64,000 nt of DNA, from IMG/VR virus record IMGVR_UViG_3300000944_000005, positions 46,039 through 110,038 of that record; one strand, given 5' to 3'. Shown here piece after piece: positions 28,741 through 37,442 of the stretch (positions are counted from its first letter, which is position 1; each line of letters begins with the position of its first letter). Below the pieces are notes generated by a model. That model saw only the letters and a program-made list of their open reading frames with translations, was not told where the DNA came from and did not search any database. The stretch comes from a virus. The position numbers and the translations under genes are program-made.

Positions 28741-30354
28741 GTCACAATGCACAAAGCCCATTGTAGGCTGTTGAGTGCGAACGCATGCTGTCACAATGTA
28801 CAAAGCCCACTGTAGGCGTTGAAATCACAACGGGTGTCAGATACGCTGTCGTCACAATGTACGAAGCCCACTGTAGGCTGTTGGGATCACCCGCATTCTT
28901 GTCACAATGTACGAAGCCCATCGTAGGCTGTTGAGATCCAACTAATTTGAAGTCACAATGTACGAAGCCCACTGTAGGCTGTTGAGTCTCGGAGTGATGC
29001 TGTTACAAGGGTCACAATGTACGAAGCCCACTGTAGGCGTTGAATCTATTATAGCTTGTCCTTGCCGGTCACAATGAACTAAGCCCATTGTAGGCTGTTG
29101 AGTCACGGAATGGCCACAGTCACAATGTACGAAGCCCACTGTAGGCTGTTGTTGTCGCTCCCTTTCGTCACAATGTACAAAACCCATTGTAGGTGTTGAA
29201 CCTGTTAACTACGAGTCACAATGTACGAAGCCCATTGTAGGCTGTTGTCAATGATGGGGAACCAACTGGTCACATCAAACTAAGCCTGATGTAGGCTGTT
29301 GAGATCATTCGCATTCCGTCACAATGTACGAAGCCCACTGTAGGCTGTTGAGGTAGCGTGAGTCCGCTATCGTTCGACCCACTTTTGACCGAGTCACAAT
29401 GAACTAAGCCCATTGTAGGCTGTTGAGTCGCGGAATGGACGCTGTCACAATGTACGAAGCCCATTGTAGGCAGTTGTGTTAGTTATTTCAGTTTGATGTA
29501 CGAGTCACAATGTACGAAGCCCGTTGTAGGCGTTGAGATAATTGTTTCTTGATGGTCAACGGTCACAATGTACGAAGCCCACTGTAGGCTGTTGGTATCA
29601 GTCCGTCGCACCGGTCACAATGTACGAAGCCCATTGTAAGCTGTTGGCATCACTTAATGGCCGTCACAATGAACGAAGCCCACTGTAGGCTGTTGAGGGT
29701 CAACGCATGCTGTCACAATGTACGAAGCCCACTGTAGGCGTTGGTTTCATTCGGGCCACGTCACAATGTACGAAGCCCACTGTAGGCGTTGGTAGTACTG
29801 AAGTCAAGCATGTCACAATGTACGAAGCCCACTGTAGGCGTTGAGTACTCAATTGCCCAGGTCACAATGTACGAAACCCATTGTAGGTGTTGAATGAATA
29901 GTCACCCCAAAATAGTCACAATGTACGAAGCCCACTGTAGGCGTTGAGATCCAACTAACTCTCGTACTGTCACAATGTACGGAGGCACATTTGAAGTCAC
30001 AATGAACTAAGCCCATTGTAGGCTGTTGAGACTTCAGGTGTAATACTTAATACCAATAACATCTGTCACAATGTACGAAGCCCACTGTAGGCGTTGAATT
30101 TTTGAATTGTTTTCGCCAGTTGGTTACAATGTACTAAGCCCATTGTAGGCTGTTGAGACTTGGTTGAAGATGGCGCCCACAACGTAGTCACAATGTACGA
30201 AGCCCACTGTAGGCGTTGATATTCTGCGACTTGCACAGTCACAATGTACGAAGCCCACTGTAGGCTGTTGACTCAATCGATTCTTTTTGGTGCCCACTCA
30301 ATTACAGGCACACCATCGTCACAATGTACGAAGCCCACTGTAGGCTGTTGAGAC
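28741..30354 (-). CRISPR. CRISPR array: 29 full repeats plus 1 truncated repeat (29969-29981), spacers 15-47 nt
   Basis: Plus-strand core GTCACAATGTACGAAGCCCACTGTAGGC(T)GTTG; likely full minus-strand repeat GTCTCAACAGCCTACAGTGGGCTTCGTACATTGTGAC. Stem AGCCUA/UGGGCU forms only on the minus strand (U.G wobble versus C.A mismatch), which is the same strand as the adjacent cas gene. Confidence 0.95.
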
Positions 30355-30379
30355 CCTACCAGTTCAACCTGGTAGGGTC
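30352..30379. other. perfect 11-bp hairpin abutting the cas-proximal repeat
   Basis: GACCCTACCAG-TTCAAC-CTGGTAGGGTC. Confidence 0.7.
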
Positions 30380-30430
30380 ACACAGTTATAACCATTATTT
30401 ACTAACTTATGTTAACGGTACTTGTCGATT

Positions 30431-32341
30431 TTAGCGACGTTTTGCTTCTGCGAACTCCGTATAAGGAACTGCATCAGGTATCCGCGATAACATAATGTTC
30501 GCGGCGTTGATGTCTTGATCAACTGTGTAGGTACAATGTGAGCAATGATACTCAAGTTTAGCCGAATCCCAATCTTCCGTAACCTGTCCGCAGGTCGAAC
30601 ACGTACGAGTCATGTTGACAGACGTGACAACACTCACATTACTCTGACCGAAAATTTCTACGGCACATTGACGGAGTAAACCGGGAGAAGCGATCCTCGC
30701 TAGTCGCCGTTGGTTAGCCACCAACACAACTTTCTCGTCGTCTTTCTCCTTCTTCCCGAGCGTAGCCCAGTTTGTAGAGTCCACAATCAAATGTGTGTAA
30801 CGACCGGACAACCTGCGTAACCAATCACGGTAAACATGTTTACGATTGCGTATCGCTTTCTTATTGATAGAAGCAGACTCTTGTAAGATATGCCGATCCC
30901 ACGATCGCCAAAATTCCATGATACCAAACACAGTTTGTATGTCGGATGGGTGACGTTTTCTTCTAACTGCAGGGCTATTTAACTTTGACTCTGCCCAAGG
31001 TAGTGAGTTAGTAAAGAACTGCGCTGAAGTTTCAGTATCCATCACAAACCGATTATCTCGCCAGAGTTCTACTGTTCGATATAACGATTCTGGAGATTGG
31101 TGACTAGCTAGTGTCTGAGTACGTTCAACCAACCATTCAGGTACATCGATACTGGCTAACCAGTCAAGGAATTCACCTCTTATGATGTTGAACCGATCGG
31201 CGCGAATTCCTTGTAACGAATCTGGTCTAGAGAATCGGCGAAGTTTATCACTGGATAGAAATAGTTGACTAACTTGCTGCGTAGCATCCATTACTGTGGC
31301 ACACCGTAACTGTTCATCAATCATGCGATGACCCAGGTGTAACACACAGGTATTGGATTTATCAACTGTCGAAACAACATCATCAACTTTGATTGTGAGT
31401 CGTATCTCCCAGTACTCCTTTTTACCCACACGTTTCAGATGTGCGAACCCATCAATGATTTTCGCACTTGCGGGGAAGTCACGATGATGCACATAAGGGA
31501 AAGTAGCAAATACAGGATTACCGTCGTCGTCACGGCACACGAGGAAACGTATTGTACCTTTCGCAACCTCTCCGCGATCTTGACCAATAACAAGTCGTTC
31601 GCTCCCTGGTGGGATGTGGATGTGTAGAATTTCAGAGTTGTTTTCCATTACTGCAGCTACTGGTTTACCTCCTTGAAACCTTACTCCGATAGCTCCACTA
31701 CCTTCCCAACGACGGAACTTAGGCGGTGGACCTTTTTTGTAAGTTTTTTCCGCAATCTGTTCCATGATTCTGGAGGTACCCCAGTAAACACCAGATTGCT
31801 GTCGCGCAATTTTAGCTTCACGTGCGTGGGCTATTTGTCCATCATCTAAACCGGCTTCCTCCACCAGTTCAAAATAACGCACCTTTCGCTGACGCTTTAA
31901 CTGAGACTCAGTTTCATCAGCTAACTGAGTGATCTCCTGGGCAGCTTGATCTTGATAAACCTTATGTGCATCTCGAATCAATTTCTTCGCAACTTTGTAT
32001 GCGGCATCTAGTTGTGCGATCGCTGTTTTTCTTACAGCTTTGGCTTGATTGATTCTAGCTTTTTGTGAATCAGTAGGTTCATGACGACGACGAGCTCGTT
32101 GACGTGAAAGACGTAAATCTTTATAGGCCTCATCAAGTTCGGCAACTGCCCGATCGTAGATTGTTACAGCATCTGCGTAAGCTGGGCACAAAGATGCAGC
32201 TAACGTTTTGTAAGTAGCACGCCGATTATGCTCTAACTCGATTAATTGATTACGGTAGCGGTGGTTGAGTAAGATTTGATTCTTAACCGCTGCAACATTT
32301 GTTGGTTCTTCAGAACGGTACACCCAGTTAATCACTGGCAT
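30431..32341 (-). CDS. cas12m: type V-M (V-U1/C2c4) CRISPR effector Cas12m-like, with non-canonical RuvC
   Basis: 636 aa, adjacent to the array. Motifs match those recalled for Cas12m: long Arg-rich coiled coil, YWGT, RRWEGSGAIGVRFQ, VHHR, RuvC-I VLHLGHR (D to H), RuvC-II IVDST (E to D), SPGLLR, TRTCSTCG...CSHC zinc ribbon and RuvC-III DQDINAA. Confidence 0.85.
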   Translation of the reverse strand: MPVINWVYRSEEPTNVAAVKNQILLNHRYRNQLIELEHNRRATYKTLAASLCPAYADAVTIYDRAVAELDEAYKDLRLSRQRARRRHEPTDSQKARINQAKAVRKTAIAQLDAAYKVAKKLIRDAHKVYQDQAAQEITQLADETESQLKRQRKVRYFELVEEAGLDDGQIAHAREAKIARQQSGVYWGTSRIMEQIAEKTYKKGPPPKFRRWEGSGAIGVRFQGGKPVAAVMENNSEILHIHIPPGSERLVIGQDRGEVAKGTIRFLVCRDDDGNPVFATFPYVHHRDFPASAKIIDGFAHLKRVGKKEYWEIRLTIKVDDVVSTVDKSNTCVLHLGHRMIDEQLRCATVMDATQQVSQLFLSSDKLRRFSRPDSLQGIRADRFNIIRGEFLDWLASIDVPEWLVERTQTLASHQSPESLYRTVELWRDNRFVMDTETSAQFFTNSLPWAESKLNSPAVRRKRHPSDIQTVFGIMEFWRSWDRHILQESASINKKAIRNRKHVYRDWLRRLSGRYTHLIVDSTNWATLGKKEKDDEKVVLVANQRRLARIASPGLLRQCAVEIFGQSNVSVVTSVNMTRTCSTCGQVTEDWDSAKLEYHCSHCTYTVDQDINAANIMLSRIPDAVPYTEFAEAKRR

Positions 32342-32411
32342 ACTTAAACTCCTGTTTGTTTATTTACGTCTTCGTGGTCGTAGGGTTTGGTTAGTGTGTA
32401 ACCATTTTTTT

Positions 32412-33134
32412 TTACCCATATCGATTTCTTGCCCTAAAACCCATAGGTCTCGCCCATTTTAAGACTTTATCGAAAAAGGGTGGGCTAATGGGACGAACCT
32501 TCTGAGTAAATTCTAATACGTTGTTGTCAGTATGTATCAAAACAGGTACTCCGCCACCCGCAGTAATGGCTATGAACTGACCTAATTTAATTTGACCCTC
32601 TTCTGAGAATGGTGATCCGGTTATAGAGTACAACTCAAATTCCAGTACTGACTCTTCTTTAGGTAAAGGTGTATGTGTACACGGGGTAGGTGCCAGCGGC
32701 ATTTTTTCCCGCAAGCTGTAAAAGTTTTTTATGTAAGCTTTTAGGTCAAAGGTTTCGATTGATCTAGCCGGTAAAAGGTCTTTTGTTTTTCCAAGAAGTG
32801 ACAATTCCTCTATCGTTTCAAGTTTAGTAATCCGCTGACTGAGTCGCAATATTTCCTCGTCACGTTGTTTAATCGTGGTGTGGAGTGCTTGGGTACCTTT
32901 TACCTTCTCTGTGGTAATTTTTTCCGCTTGAGTTTGTAGTGATTCTGCTTCTTTAACTTTCACTCTCAACAAGTCGATCGTCTTCTGTGCGTTTTCCAAT
33001 TCTTGTTGAGTTGCTTGATGAGCTTTGTGTTTGGCAGTACACTCCCTAACGACGTCGTCAAGTAGTTTCAAACCCTTTCCGTCTTTATTTAGATAGGTTT
33101 TTAAAACAGCTACCTTTTTCTTCAATTTGTTCAT
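32412..33134 (-). CDS. hypothetical coiled-coil protein upstream of cas12m
   Basis: 240-aa ORF with N-terminal heptads. Confidence 0.65.
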   Translation of the reverse strand: MNKLKKKVAVLKTYLNKDGKGLKLLDDVVRECTAKHKAHQATQQELENAQKTIDLLRVKVKEAESLQTQAEKITTEKVKGTQALHTTIKQRDEEILRLSQRITKLETIEELSLLGKTKDLLPARSIETFDLKAYIKNFYSLREKMPLAPTPCTHTPLPKEESVLEFELYSITGSPFSEEGQIKLGQFIAITAGGGVPVLIHTDNNVLEFTQKVRPISPPFFDKVLKWARPMGFRARNRYG

Positions 33135-33141
33135 TTTGCAA

Positions 33142-34101
33142 TCAACTTTTCTTCTTTTTCAGGTCGTGTAAACCAGCATCAATCTTCTTGGTTAGTTGAA
33201 AGAACTCTTCCACGTGTACGACTGCGTCACCTTTTCGCTGGATATTTTTTATCGCAGTCAACGCTGCCCTGAGCGATCTACGGAGTAAAATGTCGTCAGC
33301 CATCACTGCACCTTTACGCCCTTTGATTCTAGCGACTACTTCAGGGTTATTGTTAAACTGTTCGAATCGTTTACGTAACTTACCGAATGGTTTATTCGTA
33401 TCAGTAATCCCACTAAAGAATTCTTCTACGTAGGGTGTAGCGTCCACGGTAGAAAATTTTCCATCTTTCAATAAACGGAAAAAGTTGGCAACTGGTTCAG
33501 CGCATTTAGCCACAACCGTAGGATTTGTGTTACTCGCAACTACGGCCAATAGGCTGTCAGTCATGGTAGGGCCGTTGATACTTTCGACTAGTTTATGCCA
33601 CTTCAGTACGTTCGCTGTTGTCTTGATCTGACTGACAGACCAACCACCCATACGCGCCACTTCTTTTAGGCTTAATCCTTGATCAAGTACGAGTACCTCA
33701 ACAGCGCGTTTCCGTGTCCACTCAGGTGGTTCTTGTCGTCCTTGTAATCGCGCGTTAGCCAGTACACGGATAGCGGTAACCGTTTTGATTGAGTCACATT
33801 CTACGATGTATCCGGAAAGTTGAGTACTGTCTGCCATACTGGCGGCAACAAGTCGCTGAATACCGTCGAGAACTTCTAACCCTGCGTCAGTTTTCCAAAG
33901 GATAGGTGACGGGGCCGGTGAACCTGCCTGCATCAAACTGTTGTATTCAAATACAGCTTCCTCACGTACCGGTACTGGTCGAGCCATATTGGTTTTATCC
34001 CAATCCTCAACTAGTTTTTCGAATGTGATGCTGTTGGAGTACCGAAATTCGACTCCCATTTGTCTTAGAAAGTTTTCTGTTCTGTTATCTTTCGTAAACA
34101 A
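33142..34101 (-). CDS. ParB/Sulfiredoxin-like protein with HTH
   Basis: ILWKTDAGLEVLDGIQRLVAA (ParB-like DGxxR) and LSLKEVARMGGWSVSQI (HTH). Confidence 0.65.
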   Translation of the reverse strand: MFTKDNRTENFLRQMGVEFRYSNSITFEKLVEDWDKTNMARPVPVREEAVFEYNSLMQAGSPAPSPILWKTDAGLEVLDGIQRLVAASMADSTQLSGYIVECDSIKTVTAIRVLANARLQGRQEPPEWTRKRAVEVLVLDQGLSLKEVARMGGWSVSQIKTTANVLKWHKLVESINGPTMTDSLLAVVASNTNPTVVAKCAEPVANFFRLLKDGKFSTVDATPYVEEFFSGITDTNKPFGKLRKRFEQFNNNPEVVARIKGRKGAVMADDILLRRSLRAALTAIKNIQRKGDAVVHVEEFFQLTKKIDAGLHDLKKKKS

Positions 34102-34130
34102 TGTTTACCTCTAAAATTGAATGTTCTTTG

Positions 34131-34511
34131 TTATCCTCGACCCACTACCTCATGCATCGAACGCCCGACGTCGAGTAACATGTTACGACAAAACTCGAAG
34201 TGTCGAATTGCGTCTTGCATCTTCTTATGTTCGAGTTCGACGAAGTGACCGTCTTCACCAGGAAATTGGTGAGGCCACTCGACAATGTATTTAGTCTTGG
34301 CTGTAGCTTTCGTAGTGATGAAAGCGAGTCGTAACCATGAGTTACGGTCCGTAACGTAGACACAATGTTCTGGGTTCACCTCAATGTTTAGGCGAGAGAA
34401 CACAAAGTCTTCTACTTTGATAGATGGAGCTATCTCCAGAATTGCTCGCTGGATCGATAGCTCGTATTCACCAACTGGTGCGATTGAGTTTTCGGAAGGA
34501 TCTAAAGGCAT
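34131..34511 (-). CDS. hypothetical protein
   Basis: 126-aa ORF. Confidence 0.55.
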   Translation of the reverse strand: MPLDPSENSIAPVGEYELSIQRAILEIAPSIKVEDFVFSRLNIEVNPEHCVYVTDRNSWLRLAFITTKATAKTKYIVEWPHQFPGEDGHFVELEHKKMQDAIRHFEFCRNMLLDVGRSMHEVVGRG

Positions 34512-34532
34512 ATTGTTAAACCATTGTTTGTA

Positions 34533-34784
34533 TCACGGTGAGTACTCAGCGATTGTTTCCAGATAAGCGAGTAGATAATTTCGTCCGGCTGAGTCATCAG
34601 GTGGATTAGGAAACTGGTCCCAAAGCTCCAACCCAATATGTTGTAATCCGAATTCACCAATTTTAGCGCTTCCGATATGTCGAATTCTTTCTGACGCGAA
34701 CAACGCGTCAAACAACTCAGCTTTCCGTTCCGTCGTCATTGCAGATAACGTTTTCTGTAGGTCCTGTCCAGACATCTTCACCAC
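34533..34784 (-). CDS. hypothetical protein
   Basis: 83-aa ORF. Confidence 0.5.
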   Translation of the reverse strand: MVKMSGQDLQKTLSAMTTERKAELFDALFASERIRHIGSAKIGEFGLQHIGLELWDQFPNPPDDSAGRNYLLAYLETIAEYSP

Positions 34785-35250
34785 TCGTTACGATTTGGAT
34801 TAATTTGTATTCGTCTTTCCAGGTGGCACCGCATGCAACGCACTCGACTGGTTGAACGGCTATCCCGTCATCCTGTGCGCGGAAACGACCGGCGTGGATA
34901 TCGGTTGATCGACAGAATGGGCAGTACAACCCACCAGCTTTACAGTATTGACGTATATCTGGTTGAGTGATGAAAGCGTGAGCACCTCGCCCGATCGCGA
35001 ATTGATAGGTGTCATCATTGTTAGTCAATGTGTAAGTCTGATCAATAACTGTACCTGGTATTTCAGCTTTAGCAACTCTGGTGTCCGAACTGTCGAACAA
35101 TGACACATGTATCGAGTCTTTTTGTACAGAGACTTCCATAGAAAAACTGTTATCAAACTCTATGGAGAAAGACTGGGTAACGTTGCTACCATCCCGAGCG
35201 AGTTCGGTTACCCTGTCTCCGGATACGATGAGCGATTGGTAATACCTCAT
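34717..35250 (-). CDS. hypothetical protein with C-terminal zinc ribbon
   Basis: CPFCRS...CVACG. Confidence 0.6.
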   Translation of the reverse strand: MRYYQSLIVSGDRVTELARDGSNVTQSFSIEFDNSFSMEVSVQKDSIHVSLFDSSDTRVAKAEIPGTVIDQTYTLTNNDDTYQFAIGRGAHAFITQPDIRQYCKAGGLYCPFCRSTDIHAGRFRAQDDGIAVQPVECVACGATWKDEYKLIQIVTSGEDVWTGPTENVICNDDGTES

Positions 35251-35618
35251 TAATTACTCCACTGGTCTGATGAGAAATATTTACTCATTCCGCGTAGGTA
35301 CCAAAGTCGTTCGTCTCGATTGACTGGACGCCAACGCACAAGTAAATCATGATGTACGGATTGAATCTCCATTAGGTGATTCTCATAGTACATCAGTACG
35401 TGATTTGTCTCATTGTGTTTGTAAGTAGGTGCCCACCCAAACATGTGAAATCGTTTGAGTAGTGTGTAACCGTGTTCAGATAAATCGGGTACTTTACCTT
35501 TATCTTCTTTTTCACGAGCGTAGAATTTGGTCGGACCTAACTCATGAGTATCTGATTTACCAGTGGCTCGTTTACTGGCGAGATCCCAGATGGTTTTCTC
35601 GTCGATTGTTGACGACAC
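35250..35618 (-). CDS. hypothetical protein
   Basis: 122-aa ORF. Confidence 0.55.
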   Translation of the reverse strand: MSSTIDEKTIWDLASKRATGKSDTHELGPTKFYAREKEDKGKVPDLSEHGYTLLKRFHMFGWAPTYKHNETNHVLMYYENHLMEIQSVHHDLLVRWRPVNRDERLWYLRGMSKYFSSDQWSN

Positions 35619-35740
35619 GTTTAGCTAACCCCATTTTGATCAGTTGTTCTGATGTTCGTAGCAACCCTTTACCGTTGCATAGTCTGACAAGATGGAGACG
35701 TGTCCATGGGTCAAACCGGCCGTAGTCCCAAACGATGTAC

Positions 35741-36397
35741 TTAACTTGCATTATGTGCGTAGGGATCAAGAGGTTGCTCAGTATCCGGATCGAAGAACGT
35801 GAGGTTACCGATCGCGTTAGCTGCTCGAATAGCCGGATCTTTTCCGACTACATAAGACTGATCACCTGCGTTGATTACCTCGCGGCGGGTAAGGCCCGCC
35901 ATCAAATCCGCGGCCCAGTTCAACTCAGTGGTCATACGAGGCGCCCAGTGGAAGTTGCAGTGGTAACCGAGTCGACGATACTCACGCATTGCAGAGAATA
36001 AACCGATGTGCTTACGCGGAAGCTCGCTGTGGCCTTGCATAGCCTTAGTACCCCAACCAGCAATTACCTGAGAGTCCGTAAGGATATGCACTCGCAGCAT
36101 CCCTAGTTGCTTCAACAAGGCTTTCCCGTGGTGTGCGTCGTACCAAGTGATTGCTTGGATGTAAGGCATGGATTCAGCGAAGTTCACTGACCCACAATCC
36201 ATTCCGCCGTAAAAGAATCGACGAGCTTGATGGCGACGACATATTAGGGTTGCCGCCCACCCGCACGCGTGTGCCCAACCGCTACCAGAACCATCTCCTA
36301 CGAGGAGTACATCCCATTGCGGGTTACCCATCTTGTTTAGGAGTAGTTGGAGCGTTTGAGTTTCAGGACGCGTCTCCTGTTTGCTTCTTTGCGACAT
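35741..36397 (-). CDS. RNase H-like protein
   Basis: LVGDGSG, NFAE, ILTDSQ, HWAPR and NWAAD acidic pattern of RNase HI. Confidence 0.7.
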   Translation of the reverse strand: MSQRSKQETRPETQTLQLLLNKMGNPQWDVLLVGDGSGSGWAHACGWAATLICRRHQARRFFYGGMDCGSVNFAESMPYIQAITWYDAHHGKALLKQLGMLRVHILTDSQVIAGWGTKAMQGHSELPRKHIGLFSAMREYRRLGYHCNFHWAPRMTTELNWAADLMAGLTRREVINAGDQSYVVGKDPAIRAANAIGNLTFFDPDTEQPLDPYAHNAS

Positions 36398-36845
36398 TGA
36401 TCTTCGCTTCTAGGGCTACGAGCTCCTGCTGTTTTACTGCGATCTGCTCATTAAGTTCGGTAGTTTGGTTTTGGATGGTTTGTAGTTCGTTCGCCTTCTC
36501 ACCCATCAACTGGTCGAGGCCGCGAATCACTCCAAAACTTTGTTGTGTCACGGCGTGAGTTGTTTTACTCAGCTGAATTAACATGTGTACGAATTCACTA
36601 GGCGTAGTCAGATTTCCCGACTGCCCCATCACTACGGCCGTAGGTAGCTCCTGATTTTCGATACTGTAACCGAATATAATGGCTACGCTTTCAACCAGTG
36701 GTACGTTGTTGAGTATCATACCAGCGTAATTACTTGCACCCGTCTGTAGCTCGTTAGCTATCTGCGTAGGTTCAATTTTTAGTTTACTTTTTTGATCTTC
36801 AGACTGGTCCGTAGGTTGATCTGTGGATTGGTTATTAGAAGTCAC
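36363..36845 (-). CDS. hypothetical protein with C-terminal coiled coil
   Basis: 160-aa ORF. Confidence 0.6.
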   Translation of the reverse strand: MTSNNQSTDQPTDQSEDQKSKLKIEPTQIANELQTGASNYAGMILNNVPLVESVAIIFGYSIENQELPTAVVMGQSGNLTTPSEFVHMLIQLSKTTHAVTQQSFGVIRGLDQLMGEKANELQTIQNQTTELNEQIAVKQQELVALEAKINVAKKQTGDAS

Positions 36846-37290
36846 GATCGTACTTGGCTCCGTTAGGTAAGATTGAATTAATGATGTTACCCATGCGTGT
36901 GACTGCTAGTGAGTATAAAGGTAATTTAAAAAGAAAGGTCCAATGCTCTGATTGAATATCGTAGAGCATTGGACAAAAGAATAGCAGTATCAACACCCAT
37001 GGGTGATACGACAAACAAAATGAACAAAGTAATAAGTCTACCAACCGTTTTGGTAGTAGCCTGTCAGCGACTCGCATTATGATTGGTAAAGGTTCACCAC
37101 CATCTATTTCGTCGAGATCGCTTGAGTCGTCAGACTCAGGTTCCGGTAACTCCAGATCATCTGGTAACACCAGGTCTTCAGTTTTTGCTTGGAGGAAGGC
37201 CCTCCACTCACCGAAGATTGATCCGTTGAACCACACGTCAATGACGGCGCCGGAAGACAGAACTATAATGAAAAAATCAAACAAAGTCAT
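36835..37290 (-). CDS. membrane protein (DUF1360-like CxFCxS motif)
   Basis: Hydrophobic segments and LLLCSFCLSYH. Confidence 0.5.
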   Translation of the reverse strand: MTLFDFFIIVLSSGAVIDVWFNGSIFGEWRAFLQAKTEDLVLPDDLELPEPESDDSSDLDEIDGGEPLPIIMRVADRLLPKRLVDLLLCSFCLSYHPWVLILLFFCPMLYDIQSEHWTFLFKLPLYSLAVTRMGNIINSILPNGAKYDRDF

Positions 37291-37442
37291 TTTTTAGTTA
37301 ACTGATTAGCCAGTAGTAGTACTGAAGACAAGCCACCTAACGCTAACACAGGTACGATCGATTCCGTTACGTAACAGAAAAGACCAACACTGAATATCGA
37401 GAGTAGGCTGAAACTTGAAAATACTTGAGTAGGTTTACTCAT
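37287..37442 (-). CDS. small membrane protein (51 aa)
   Basis: Manual translation MSKPTQVFSSFSLLSIFSVGLFCYVTESIVPVLALGGLSSVLLLANQLTKK; TGA overlaps the next ATG. Confidence 0.5.
   Translation of the reverse strand: MSKPTQVFSSFSLLSIFSVGLFCYVTESIVPVLALGGLSSVLLLANQLTKK

Noticed and set aside
28742-29464. Minus-strand ORFs with repeated MGFVHCD
   Set aside because: They are translations of the CRISPR repeats, not proteins.
30431-32341. IS200/IS605 TnpB transposon
   Set aside because: No tnpA or transposon ends seen, the protein is larger than TnpB with Cas12m-type motifs, and it abuts a CRISPR array.
28293-34101. cas1/cas2/cas4 adaptation genes or a tracrRNA near the array
   Set aside because: No flanking ORF shows Cas1/Cas2/Cas4 motifs and no anti-repeat was seen by eye outside the array.
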